Below, piece after piece: positions 10,746-23,017 of a DNA stretch of 64,000 nucleotides; the stretch's first letter is position 1; each line of letters begins with the position of its first letter. The stretch spans positions 29,574,001-29,638,000 of the forward strand of contig OZ336872.1 of NCBI GenBank assembly GCA_965287045.1. The letters run 5' to 3'. This DNA comes from Carcharhinus amblyrhynchos (Eukaryota). Position numbers and translations under genes: made by a program. The notes under the pieces are model-generated. The model was not told the DNA's origin. It saw only the letters and a list, made by a program, of their open reading frames with translations, and did no database searches.

Positions 10746-12192
10746 GTCTGCTAAGATATCTAAATTCCGTTGGCAAGCTCAGCAAGTAGCAAATCTTGCA
10801 CAACTGTGGAGAAACTAGCAGTATTTATATAATGAGTAAAACAAGGAGTGAAAAACCTACCACGTGGGATAGACTGAACTACGAGTGAGTCAAAATGATA
10901 AGTCTGTACAACAACTGCACAGATCAGATAAAACCATCAGTAACCCACTTCTTCCTTCACAAAGTTTTTTTTCAATAAAAGGACTAAACACTTTCATTTG
11001 AATTTTCAGGTCCTTGAGTCTAAATTTCCAGATTCAAAGATGAAGACGAGACATGAATGAAGCTTCTGTATTCTCTCGGAAAAGATGTCCAGAATACTCC
11101 CAACTTTACAGCAAGGGCTGCAACTTGAGCATGTGTGAGATACATCTTGCATACAAATTCACACTTGTAGCAATTTTTGTCAGGTTCTGCTCATTTTAAA
11201 GGGATTGAAATAAAAGTGGGCAGTGATTGGCATGAAACGTTCTGGCTGAACAGGGACAGTAGGTAGAGATTGGCACTGAAAGAGTGAGCAGGAAGAATTT
11301 TCCTTAGGGAGAAGACAGTTTTCTTCAGGTGATAAACCAAGGATTGAGCTGAATATCAGACACTTGATACTTTCATAGAAAGCACGCATACAAACCCTTC
11401 ATGGTGCCGCAACAGACTGGTCCTGGTCTCTTTAATTTGTACACCTAACAATAGCTCAAGCAGAGATAATCCGCCAATACTGCATCCGTAATGCATATCT
11501 ATCATCTTCAAATATGTCAAATTACACTCACAATCTGAGAGTTTCCCTAAAAATTGCTGCTCTCTTTTAATTGTCTACAAATTTGAATTGAAATTAACTC
11601 ATGTCTTTTCAAAGGCAAGAGTAGAATTTGATTCCCCCCAATATGAATGCAACATCTGGCAGGAGCTCCACTCACAGAAGCACAAAAACAGCTGCTGGCT
11701 CCCTCCGAGCCTCACTGGCAGCAGGACAGGATTTCCAACAGCACCAGTGCGGTGATGGGAACAGACAAAGATCCTTTCGTGTGGTGTTTTGAGCTTCTCT
11801 ATTTCCTTGGTGTTGCACTGGTCTTGGCACCAATCACTCAAACATGCAGCCCTGGGTTTGCTTCAACTTCAATGATAACTGATCTTACTTCTAGAACTAG
11901 CTCCAGCGCAAAGAATGATCTACTGTGCTGAAGTTTGTTTTGCGTCTGAACACAGTTAAATCAGGATATTAATAAACAAGTGCATCAGGGAGGCCAGAAT
12001 GTACCGTAAACCAGAGCTGTCCCTGTCACAAGGCTCTTCTTTTCACAGATTGTGGCAGCCGAGGTGGACCAAAAGTACACACATTTCACAATTCACTTTT
12101 CAGCTTCAAAGGGCAACTAAATGATTACAAGCTGGATTTAATTGAAGCCATTACTAAACCTGCCTAATGAGGTAATAATGCTCATGACAATT

Positions 12193-12505
12193 CATAGAAT
12201 CCCTACAGTGCAGAAGGAAGCCATTTGGCCCACCGAGTCTGCACCGACAACAATCCCACCCAGGACCTATTCCTGTAACCCCCACATATTTATTCTGCTA
12301 ATCCCCCTATGCTAGGGACAATTTAGCATGGCCAATCAACCTAACCCGCCCACCTTTGGACTGTGGGAGGAAACCGGAGGAAATTCCCACAAACACAGGG
12401 AGAACGTGCAAACTTCATACAGACAGTGACCCAAGGCCGGAATTGAACTTGGATCCCTGGCGCTGTGAGGCAGCAGTGCTAACCATTATGCCAGCGTACT
12501 GCCCC
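12193..12505 (-). mobile_element. HE1/V-type SINE, full length
   Basis: catagaatccctacagtgcag tail through to the tRNA-like head. Confidence 0.9.
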
Positions 12506-12648
12506 ATGCTGCACAATTAGGAAAGAAACCATCATCTTCTCTGCCAAAAGTCAGGCAACAAAATTGTCACATATTCCTTTTAACCAATTTTTCGTGATTG
12601 CCATGGGAAGCTGGGGAATGGTACAATTGCAAATGTTTATAACTTGAG

Positions 12649-12895
12649 TATTGCTGAAAAGAGGGAAACATTGTTGAAACTTCGTCTTGCACACATCAGG
12701 ACAAAAACAAGAATGCAAAATTTCAAACCATCAGATCAATTTACACCAAAGGAGAAATGAGCGTGCCAAGACAATCAGGATTCTTTCCTCTGGTAGTATA
12801 AATTGTTGTGGTTGCCTGAAATTTGACAGTTGTGCATTTGTCCTGATGCGCGCAATATGAGATGCTTCAGCAACATGTCTCTCTTTTCAACAATA
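12649..12895. mobile_element. Palindromic Penelope-like element (family P2) with decayed hammerhead motifs in both arms
   Basis: Arms of ~105 bp are imperfect reverse complements (tattgctgaaaagag / ctcttttcaacaata); each carries TTGTC-CTGATGN..GA..TC. Confidence 0.7.
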
Positions 12896-13240
12896 TGTAA
12901 GTTCTTTCCCCTCTCACTTTAAACCTATGCCCTCTAGTTTTGGACTCCCCCATACTGGGATGGCATGATGGCACAGTGGTTAGCCCTGCTGCCTCACAAC
13001 ACCGGGAACCTGGGTTCAATTCTGGCCTCGGGTCACTTTGTGCGTAGTTTGCACTTTCTCCCCATGTCTGAGAGAGTTTTCTCCGGATGCTCTGGTTTCC
13101 TCCCACAATCCAAAAATGTGCAGCTTAGGTTAATTGGCCATGGTAAATTGCCCCTTACTGACAGGGAGATTAGCAGGGTAAATAAGTGGGAGATAGGGCC
13201 TTGGTGGGATTGTGATGGACCAAATGGCCTCTTTCTGCAC

Positions 13241-13458
13241 AGTAAAAAGTCTGACAACACCAGGTTTTAGTCCAACCTATTTATTTGATAATATACTCAC
13301 AAGCTTTCGAGGGACACCCTCTTCGTCAGGTGACGAAGAGGGTGTCCCTCGAAAGCTTGTGAGTATATTATCAAATAAATAGGTTGGACTAAAACCTGGT
13401 GTTGTCAGGCTTTTTACTGTGTTTACGCCAGTCCAACGCCGGCATACCCACATCAGGT
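13241..13458. mobile_element. Penelope-like terminal-repeat insert (family P1): inverted copy, direct copy and 3' tail, with 12-bp TSD
   Basis: Palindrome 13238-13421 (91-bp arms, one mismatch, 2-nt centre); CTCTTTCTGCAC at 13229-13240 and 13459-13470. Confidence 0.88.
13297..13333 (-). ncRNA. Minimal type-I hammerhead ribozyme motif
   Basis: Minus strand: UCAC CUGACGA A GAGGG-UGU-CCCUC GAAA GC UU GUGA. Stem I UCAC/GUGA, intact CUGANGA and GAAA, 5-bp stem II, self-complementary AGCU in place of stem III, NUH triplet CUU. Confidence 0.75.
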
Positions 13459-14519
13459 CTCTTTCTGCACTACAGGGATTCTTTGATTCTATGAAAAGAC
13501 ATTGGCTATTCACCGTATCTATGCCCCTCATGAATTTATAAACTTCTATAAGATCACCCTCCCCCACCCTGTCTATCTGTAATGACACTTTCAAGGAACT
13601 ACTTACCTGCATCCCTAGGTCTTTCTGTTCGACAACACTCCCAGGGCCCTACCGTTAACTGTGCAAGTCCTGCCCTGGTTTGTCTTCCCAAAATACAAAA
13701 CCTCACTTTTATCTGAGTTCAGCTCCATCTGTCATACCTCCGTCCACTGGGTTCAATAAAGTTCTCCTTCACCCTCATCTCTGTCAACTGTTCTGTAAGA
13801 AGTCAGTCTGTTCAATACATTTATTGTGGATTGATCCATATCGGATGTTCATGTGTATCCACTTCTCACTCTCATCAAGTGCAAGAATCCTAATTTATAT
13901 CTCCCCTCCATTGTCCATGGATGCTGAGACCAACTAATAGCCGATCAAGATAATTCAGAATGGGGTGGAGAAAAATAACTCAAAAATGAATGAAAACATT
14001 TCACTGCATCTGGAATCTGTAAAATGTGTCTTGATTGTGGGTGTCAGCCAGACTCTGACAGCACCAATCTCAAGTCAAGAGATTCTGGCTCAAACTTCAT
14101 TCACGAACATAATTTAGGCCAGTGAAGCCAAAGCTATTGACCATAGGCTCCTCAATCCTTGGCTATATAGCACAGAGCTCAGACAAACTAGAGCTGGTGA
14201 TTCTTATTATCTGATTTGTCCAGTTAGCTGTAGCTTGAAAGACTGGAAAATAAGTATTGTTCTATTACTTTTAGTGCGATGGTCTAATTGGTGGGTAGAT
14301 CCTAAATTGGAACATCAGTGGCCTGTTGGTACCCAATACAGACCAATGAATGGAAGTATGGTCTTAAACTTAATGGATGCCTTTGTGGCTAAACAGTTTA
14401 CTTCAACGCATTCTACATAGAAAATGAATGTGAGTATTATTGTTGGCCAATGCAGTACAGAAGAAAAACTGTATTATATGAAGTACCACATACAATATTC
14501 AACCAAGATCTCACCTACC

Positions 14520-14570
14520 TGTTCCATCGGTTCAGGTGGAGGTTAATACATTATTTCAAAAACAATGTTC
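14520..14570 (-). other. Candidate short exon ending ATG GAA CAG (possible alternative 5' exon)
   Basis: ttttgttcag| acceptor and CAG|GTAGGT donor; stops in all frames before the ATG. Confidence 0.2.
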
Positions 14571-15134
14571 TGAACAAAAGCTTCCCCCGCAACCCAAACC
14601 CACCTCAGTCAACATCACCAATGTTCTGAACCCCATTCCCCCTCCTCAGTCAACATTCTAAAATCAGAATGACTGGTCATTCATTTCATTGTAGGATCTT
14701 GCTGTGTGATCCTGCTAATTCTTGTGGGAGGAGCACTCGAAAGATGTGGTAAAGGCATGTATTTATGTACAATCCCAGTCATACCCAGCCTTTAGGATGA
14801 GAGTGTAGTCATGATACACTTACCCCATTGAAATTCCAACCACTGACTGTGGAAAGCAGGGAGGAGGTGCTACCTTGTAAGGCAGACCTAGGAAACAAAA
14901 AACAAATAAAAAACTTTTACTGTCAGGACCTTTGACAAACATCAGTAACAGATTAAAATCCAATATCAGTCAGGGGTCATCTGTATTTCAATGGCAATTA
15001 GGGATGCTGGCGTTTTCATTGATCCCTACATTTCATGATAGTATTTTAAAAATCCATTATTTCTCCTTCCATTTTGTCCTACACATGACCATGTTAAATT
15101 TCACATGCCCTTGTTCCATGCCTATTAACAACAA

Positions 15135-15405
15135 AACCTGAACAACATTCAAGTTTGGGCTAAGAGGTAATTATTTGCACCGCACAAGTACTAGTCAATG
15201 GCTATCTTCAACAAGAGACAATCTAACTACCTCCCCTTGATACTCAGTGCCATTTTTTTCACTGACTCTCCCACCATCGATAGATATCCTGTAGTCACCA
15301 TTGGCCCAAGGCTTAACTGGACCCGCCACAAACGTTGTGACTACAAGAACAGGTCAGAAGTTGAGAATTCTATGGCGGGTAACTCATCTCATGATTCCTC
15401 ATAGG
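15135..15405 (+). mobile_element. CR1-clade LINE fragment (second family)
   Basis: Decayed LNNIQVWA..FAPHK..MAIFNKRQSNYLPL..GVTI..LNWT.H motif; same family as 27580-28330. Confidence 0.7.
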
Positions 15406-15989
15406 CCATGCAGTGAAGATTGCTGAACCACATACACTGAATCCTATTACCTTGTTGCAGTTAAAATAGCAATAGGGTGGGGAAGGCACAGATAAGGCCT
15501 TTACGCAACCATTCATTGGCCAAATAAGTGCCTCAATTTCACAGTAACTTTGTTGCGGTGTTAATGTAAACCTTATTTGTGACTAATAAATAAACTTTAA
15601 ATTTTTCAATAGACCCAAGGGCAGTCAGGCTGATACCTTCCCCACTCAATTTAAATTGGGCAACAAGTTGTAGGTGGGCAAGAACATGGTGGGAAGGCTA
15701 TTCACTTTATTTTTTTAGTCTCCTCTCACCTTTAACAAGGCTGGTGGGGAGGCCAAATCCAGCCCCAAGTTGTCATTGTAAATTAACCCTAATGCTGGTC
15801 ACTCAGCACCCTACACAGAACCTCCTCCCCTCAACTCCAACATTACTCCTCTGGTTTGTTGGGAGGGGAAGTTAAGGAGACGACTATCAAGCTTCCATCG
15901 TGACGATGGTGTGAATATTTTTAACACATAGACCTTGTTTCCATCTGACTTGCCCACCTGTCAGAACCAGTAGTAGTAGCAGTGCTAGA

Positions 15990-16740
15990 AAAAGGTGTTT
16001 ACCAATGAGAGCAAGATGTGACTGACGGCCATGTGACCACCAGTCAGGTATTTGAAAACATAATCAAGAGGCAAGGATCATTGAGAGAGAAGGTGTCACC
16101 ATCTACAGGCCAAATTTCAGTCAAAGACAGAATGTTAGCACGATCCTCTATAGTCAGGTGAGTGAATGGATATTCTGGATGGAAATTCAGAGAGATACAC
16201 ACACACACACAAACAGACAGCAATTGTAGATCTGCTTGCAGATAGCGGTGCAATTAAAACGGGAAAGAGGTTGCTGATTTTAACCCTAGAATGAGAAGAT
16301 CTGAGAGAGAGGAGGGTGAGCAGTTGAGATTACTGTTTGCAAGAATATAGCTAAGGATATTTAAATGGGTTCCACAGAGCATGCTGGAAGGAGAGAGACC
16401 CACAGAGCATAGTTGTGGATTTATTGAAGGGGCATTCAAGTTTAGGATGTGGCAAGAGAGCTGGAAGTGGTGACTGGATTGCAGAGGGATCGAATGGGGA
16501 AGGAAAAATAATCCAAGCTGAATCAATGGAAAGGTAGAATGGTGAGGTGACATGGGGGAAAGAGAGAGTGGTTTAAGAAAGGTTGAGGATAAACGGATTT
16601 GGCATGACAGCCAAACCACACATGTAAATGATTAGGAAGAGGAGCTGAGTGATGCAGACATGGTAGAGATTAAGTGAGACATGTCACAGTTGTAATCAAA
16701 GGACTGAAGGAAAGAATCTGGAACCAACACAAGTTAAAGT
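15990..16740 (-). mobile_element. L2-type LINE internal fragment, old
   Basis: Purine-rich plus strand; the minus strand gives decayed endonuclease/linker remnants (LSDLLILG..). Confidence 0.55.
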
Positions 16741-16847
16741 TAGAGAGTCTGTGGTGGAATGAATTCAACATGTAAATAGCGTGGAATTAGCTTTGAATGT
16801 CTAAAATCCATCGTCCAGGCTGAGGGTTTGTGAGAACTGATCATTAC

Positions 16848-17150
16848 TTGTTTATTTATTTGTGTTACAAGTAGGCTTACATTAACACTGCAATGAAGAT
16901 ACTGTGAAAATCCCCTAGTCGCCACACTCTAGTGCCTGTTCAGGTATACAGAGGGAGCAGTTAGCACGTCCAGTGCACCCAACCAGCATGTTTTTCAGAC
17001 CGTGGGAGGAAACATGAGCACCCAGAGGAAACCCACGCAGACATGGGGGAGAACGTGCAGACTCCACACAGACAGTTATCCAAGTCGTGAATTGAACCCG
17101 GGTCTCTGGCGCTGTGAGGCAGCAGTGCTAAACCACTATGCCACTCCCCA
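16848..17150 (-). mobile_element. HE1/V-type SINE with alternative tail
   Basis: Same structure as 10065-10365. Confidence 0.9.
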
Positions 17151-17718
17151 GGCCACCTTTTCAATATTCCCCATTCATGGAACCACAATTCAACTCACTA
17201 CATTGTGTCTGTCTCATCCCCGCTCCCTCAACCAGTCAACTGGGTCACTCAATTGAGCATCTTACTCTGGCTGCACCAAAGCCGAAGTAAATCATGTAAC
17301 TATGTTTGATAGATAATTTATTTAATCCACAAATGGACAAATTAAGGAACTTACGGACTTCATTTAAATTATTAAAAACAAAACTATTTTGTTCCTTAGC
17401 TTGGTGATACTACTTGCTTGAATGTTTTAAATAACATATGCTGCAAATTTATGCAGCATCTACTTTTCACCTAAAATATGGACAGTGGATGAACAGGGAG
17501 GGTATTTAATGTATTCAGCATTTAGAATATAAATGATTCACTCTGAAGTCCATCCATTTTCAGCTGGGATCTACCCAAACCACTGGTCATAGTCATGCAA
17601 TGAAGGAAGGTAAGCACCTTATAACATTTAACACTGAGTCATTAATACTGAAAGCATTTAATGTATTATTTATCTCGCTGCAACTTGTGAGACCTTGCAG
17701 TGCACATACAAGATAGCA

Positions 17719-18052
17719 GGGCAGCATCATGGCAGAGTGGTTAGCACTCTTGCTTTACAGTGCCAGGGACCCCAGGTTCAAGACCAACCTTGGGTCACTG
17801 TCTGTGTGGAGTTTGCACATTCTCCACGTCTGCATGGGTTTCCTCCGGGTGCTCCGGTTTCCTCCCACAGTTCAGAGATGTGTAGGTGGATTGGCCATGC
17901 TAAATTGCTCCTTGACATCCCAAGATTTTTAGTTTAGATAGATTAGCCATGGGAAATGTTCAGGGTTATGGTGATAAGGCCTGTGTAAGGTACTCTCTCA
18001 GTTCAGAGAGTCAGTGGCCTCTTTTGTACTGTAGCGATTCTATAATTCTATG
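17719..18052 (+). mobile_element. HE1/V-type SINE
   Basis: gggcagcatcatggcagagtggttagcact head and attctatg tail. Confidence 0.9.
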
Positions 18053-18733
18053 ACATATTTCCCTCCACATTTCAAAAATGCTTAATTCATTGTGAAGTGT
18101 TTTGGCCTATGCTGAACAGTGCTGTATAATACAAATATGTTCTTTATTCTAGAAGTTTGTCTTTACAGATACAGGAACTTGCAGGCGGACTCCAGTGAAG
18201 CCTATTTCAAAGGAGCACATTCTTCTGGGAGAAGGTTACTTCGGGAAATTGTCAAAACACCTTCAAGCCAATCGCAAAGTGATAGTTTGAAACTACTTAT
18301 CCAACGTTGTGAAACCATCAGTTACTTGGAATCTTTATATCTGAAGACAAACAAAATTAATCTGTTTAAATTGTCAACATAAACATTGGCGATACAAAAA
18401 TCAAACAGTGTTCCATGACTAAACATACAAAATAGTGACACTACTGGCCAATTAGAGAGATACAGCATGAATGGGATCAAATATTTGGTCATTTGTGTGA
18501 AAGTAATCAACTTTTGATCTTTTTGTAAACAGTTTATTAAAAAAATGAAAATATCTTGCAGCAGCGTTAGTTATTACCATGCCACACCACGTGATTTGAT
18601 TTGGTATGTTAGAACTTGGATAAGAGGACTTTCAGATAACAATTCTGCAATGTGCTGCCACACATAAAGGCAGACAAATCATCATTCTCTTCTATTCCTA
18701 TGTTCATGAATTCCATATTTATTGCTGGGTTCT

Positions 18734-18785
18734 TGCATGTGCAAATCCACGTGCCCGCCTGCATGGGCAAATCCACGTGCCCGCC
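18734..18785. repeat. 26-bp tandem duplication, each unit containing CACGTG
   Basis: TGCATG(T/G)GCAAATCCACGTGCCCGCC twice, one mismatch. Confidence 0.9.
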
Positions 18786-19637
18786 AAGCTCTTTTTTGCT
18801 GCAGTAAGAAATCTTATTTTGAGCCACGCAGTTAGTGCCAAAGTTCACTGACAATATTTCACTGCCAATCTCCATTCCAGATACAAGTGTATGCAATTTA
18901 GGTAATTTGATTATTACATCAGGTAATCAAAAGCTCACATTAAGAATTAGAACAATCTTATTAAAAGATAACTTAAATAATAACTCAGTACTTCTGGCAT
19001 GAAGGAACTTGGCAGGTCATATATGGCCATCATTCCTATTCTTAAGGCAGCAGTAGGTGGTGATTTTAAAGTGGATGACTAACAACATATCACCCATGTG
19101 TTGCAAGCCTGCACTATACAATGAAGTGGAAGTGCCCACACTAAATGGAGAACTTTGCTTGAATAAACAGTGGGCCTCGCACTTTCAGAATGCTATTAAT
19201 AACATCCCACCCCCAAAGTATGGCAATTACATTTCCAACAGCTCTGCCCACCTCACTGTCGATGTTTACTGTTCTGACATCCTAACAAGGCCGAACTGTG
19301 CCACGGAGAACCAAGGTCTGCTCAGATTAATCAAGTAACACAAACATCATTATTGTACATCCAATCCATCACTCAGATGTTATCAACTTGTGGATCCCCC
19401 TCCCCAATCGTTAGAAGTGATAACTCCTTAAGGGAATGGGGGTGGAAAACAACAAGAGAAAAAATGGCTAATGTTAGGGACCACGGTTGGATATTGCTGA
19501 TTGATTTCCTACAGCAATCAAGCAAGTTCCAGGATATCACGGTTAACGTTAACTTCTTTTTTAGAAGGATGTTTAAAGATCTGCCATCTGGATATGTATA
19601 ACAGCATCTCCGGCATCTTTCAGACACGCTGGGGGAG

Positions 19638-20342
19638 GGGCAGGGGATTCTGCCGGCTCACCGTGCTGCTAGAGCAGTGCAGCAGGCTGGGACACGTTAG
19701 GGGAGGCCGTGTAGCAGCCTTCTCGCTGGGCACCCTGGCCTTCACACGTTTCCAGCATTGCCAGGCCCACACCAGACATCAGCGCAGAGCTGAATAAATC
19801 GTTTAAGATTGGGGGTTTGCATCCTATTAGCAGGCCCAGGATTGAAATCTCCAGGCTGCTAGTGTCTCCCCCCCCACCCCCAGGACTGGTTCACTCCAGC
19901 GGGGTTTATAACATTGCCCCACTAATTTGGAGTTGATAGTCTGACCCTGCTGGAGTAAAGGATGGCCATGGAGATCCCCTCAGGAGGTCAGGGAGAGAAG
20001 GGTGTGTGCGCACCCTCAGGCATTGCCAGCGCCAACCTGGCCCCCAGCACTGCCCAAGGGGCAAAGTGGCAATGCCCAGGGCACACCTTGGCACTGTCCC
20101 CCACACACCAGGCAATGCCAACAGAGGCAGGGCAGGGAGTTCCCACTGCCATTCTGTATTTGGGATCATAGGCTGGGGGTGGGGGGGGGGGGGGGGGTGC
20201 GAGATGGGAGCTTAGAATTGTTTTGGAAGTACTCCCCCCTCTGTTTCCACAATCATGCACCTTGCTATTAGGGATTGTGAGAGACATTTCCCTTATTAGA
20301 TAGCATGTATTAACACTCAGTGATGTCCTGCGGAAATCCCAT
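19638..20342. mobile_element. GC-rich non-autonomous DNA transposon (Harbinger-like) with a poly-G tract at 20175-20197
   Basis: gggcaggggattctgcc...ggaaatcccatc ends; internal tgccc/tgcca-rich body. Confidence 0.55.
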
Positions 20343-21768
20343 CTTGTCTCAAGTATAAAATTACACAAAAATTCTGATGAACCAACTTTTTGATGTACAA
20401 TTTCAGTGAATATGTCATTATATTCAAGTGACTTTTGGAAGCCATTTTTAAGGCTTTAAAAGGTGTTCATTTAAAAGGTAGGTTCACTTTCTTTGCAAAA
20501 TCTACAATATGGCAATTGTGACAATTGTCAAACCATCCCCTAAAAAGCATATTGTGTATCCAAACTAAAATGATAAACCATCTGAATCAGGTGACAATTT
20601 GGATGGGCGTCGTACTTTTGATGCCACTAATCACAGCACGTTTTAAACAAATCTGTACTTCCACATGCGCTGCACCACTACAGCCTGTCATAAACTAATA
20701 CTAAAGTTAGAAGATGGAAAGGCCTGACAGACTAATCTTTTGCATGCTGGATTAACAAATTGGAATACTGCTTAATATTTCCTTTCGTTCATGTCTGAAT
20801 TAAGAACATTTCTGAAGAATGGAAACATAGGGAATCAGCTCACTCTAATTTCTACATAGCTCAGTCTTCCAAGGCTTAGCTCTGCCTCTGACAATCTGTC
20901 ACGCCATGTGAAGAAGCATCTGTCCTCTGTACAGCTTTGTCCGAATTCCCTACCTGGCCTCATTGTAATTATTTTCTATTGTATCATTGCAGATCATACT
21001 GGAGCACCAACATACTTCTTCTCAGTGCCATTGCTTATAAGGCACCTGATCTTGAATTATGTAACACTATAAAGCATTACTATTCCAACACACTTGGTGG
21101 GAATGGACCTTTTCTGCAATTGCAGGGGCACTTTTCCTGGTGTAATTTTTTTTTAAATTAAACATCACAATTAGCAGCTAAAATCCAATTTAAAATCAAG
21201 AACACAAAAACAAGATTTTTTTAAAAACCAAAAATTGTAATTGGCAAAAAGGATAATTATTTGATATGTTGAGAGATTATTAAAAAAAAAAGGTCCAGTC
21301 TCAGCAGCCACCATCCTTGTTATTTCACAATGTCTGAAGCTGAGTAAGTTGGTTCCATTAGATCTGCAGATACAGCATTTGGCCTTGTTGCTCGATTACG
21401 CTACACTGCAGCCCGTTGACAACACCTTGAAGTTGGAAACAAATGAATCATATCTGAATGCTCCAGTGCACAGTATTATTCTTCCATCCCTCCTACACAG
21501 TGAGCGATAGATGATTCATTTTTGTTCATCACCACAGGGGATTCTGCATCTACCAAGTCAATCACACAGCCAGGAGTCAAGCTTTCCTCCAGGTTAAAAT
21601 ATTAAAGAATTAGAATCAGAGCAAAAATTGCTGATTTCTGCTAATAAACTGATAGAGAGCAAAAAGAATGCCTTTTTTTAAAAAGTACACATAACAACCA
21701 AACTCAGTCCCGATCAAGGCTGTGTGGAAATTCAAACATATCCATCAAAAACCTCTGTCCTTGTTCAT

Positions 21769-21874
21769 GGCTAGGGTTCTCCAGCAACGCTGAGAGTGAA
21801 GAGTTTTGGCTGGAACACCAAATTCTACATTCTCACCAGCAGGGGTGCATGGACAAAATCGGAGAATCCTGCCC
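21769..21874. mobile_element. Short MITE-like element
   Basis: ggctagggttctcc...ggagaatcctgccc imperfect TIRs. Confidence 0.55.
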
Positions 21875-22054
21875 ATCAAGTCACAAAACTTCTAACTATC
21901 CAACATTCATTTGCCCTCACTCTGAATAGAAACATTCTTTATCAAAATAGTGTGACCTACTTTCTAAAAGATTCGTCACAGAAAACCACCCCAGCCCTCA
22001 CCCCAATTCCCACTATGCTTCCCCGGTGGATGAGTTCTCAGTAAACTTATGTCA

Positions 22055-22345
22055 AGGTGGTGGTGAACTTGTGGCACTGCTGCCTCAGCGCCAGGGACCT
22101 GGATTCGATTCCAGCTTCGGCTTACTGTCTGTGTGGGGTTTGCACGTTCTCCTCATGTCTGCGTGCTCCCCCCCGCCCCCCGCTGTCTGAACGATGTGTG
22201 CGTTCCGTTGATTGGCCATGCTCAATTGACAATGTCAGAGGCAAAAGCAGGGCACATATGTGGGGTAATGGGCCTGGGTGGGATTGTGGTCAGATGCAGA
22301 CTCGATGGGCTGAATAGCCTCATTCTGCACTGTAGGGAATCTATG
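22055..22345 (+). mobile_element. HE1/V-type SINE
   Basis: Family body (cagcgccagggacctggattcgatt...) and tail. Confidence 0.88.
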
Positions 22346-22819
22346 AACTGGCTCAAGAGTCATTCACACAATCACATTATGAAATAACTTGTATCCATTT
22401 ATTATTTTTCTTGGACTTACACTGAGCACATTCTCTGCCTCATTCTTTTTGAGGGATGGGAAAAATATCTTGGGAGGTGATGGACCATAAGCTGAGGCCT
22501 ACTGAAGTGTGGGGGCGTACATCTCCAAAAAGGTCAAGAATGATTGGGGAGATAATTCAGCCTGGCAGCTGCTTGTGTTTATGAGTAACACTGCCTACTT
22601 GAACAAGGTGATTTCTGAGATAATATGCAGTGTTTCAGTTTTACCAAAGAATGTTCATCCTCCAATAAAAAGTCTTTTGAAAGGGTATAATTTTTCAACT
22701 TTCTTCCAGAATGTGAAACTGGCATTGCATATCCTTCTATCGATAGAAAAGCTAGCAGTTGTATAACCAAACCAAACCCAGAATACCCACCTGGTGTTAA
22801 GTTCCACAAATGGGAAAGA

Positions 22820-23010
22820 AATAAATTACCAGATCATCTATTTTAGGAGTTGTTTGTGAAATGAATATTGGCCAGAACTCCCCACCTCTACTTAGAAAAA
22901 TATCTTGGGATCCTTTTCATTTACGTGACAGAGCCTCAGTTTAATATTCCATTCAGAAGATAGCACCTCCAATGCAGAACTTCCTCAGTACAACACCGAA
23001 GTTCCAGCCT
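22820..23010 (-). mobile_element. Ancient DeuSINE-type (AmnSINE1/SacSINE-like Deu domain) remnant
   Basis: Minus strand aggctggaacttcggtgttgtactgaggaag...ggaggtgctatcttctgaatg...taaactgaggc...aaaaggatccca resembles the Deu-domain consensus as I recall it. Confidence 0.6.
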
Positions 23011-23017
23011 AACTTAC

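Larger units (their letters stand above)
12960..13492 (+). mobile_element. HE1/V-type SINE whose tail is interrupted by a Penelope-like insert
   Basis: tRNA head from 12960; tail resumes at 13459 (ctctttctgcactacagggattctttgattctatg). Confidence 0.9.
12899..13760 (-). mobile_element. CR1 LINE fragment interrupted by a SINE (12960-13492)
   Basis: Antisense SKTRGHRFKV (12905-12955) continues as GDLIEVYKFMRGID (13495-13565). Confidence 0.85.

Noticed and set aside
13331-13362. Second hammerhead on the plus strand of the palindrome
   Set aside because: Core reads GUGACGA (C3 lost at the inversion junction) and stem I has no 5' partner.
20175-20197. Poly-G tract / polyproline ORFs
   Set aside because: Homopolymer inside a transposon-derived repeat; the ORFs are spurious.
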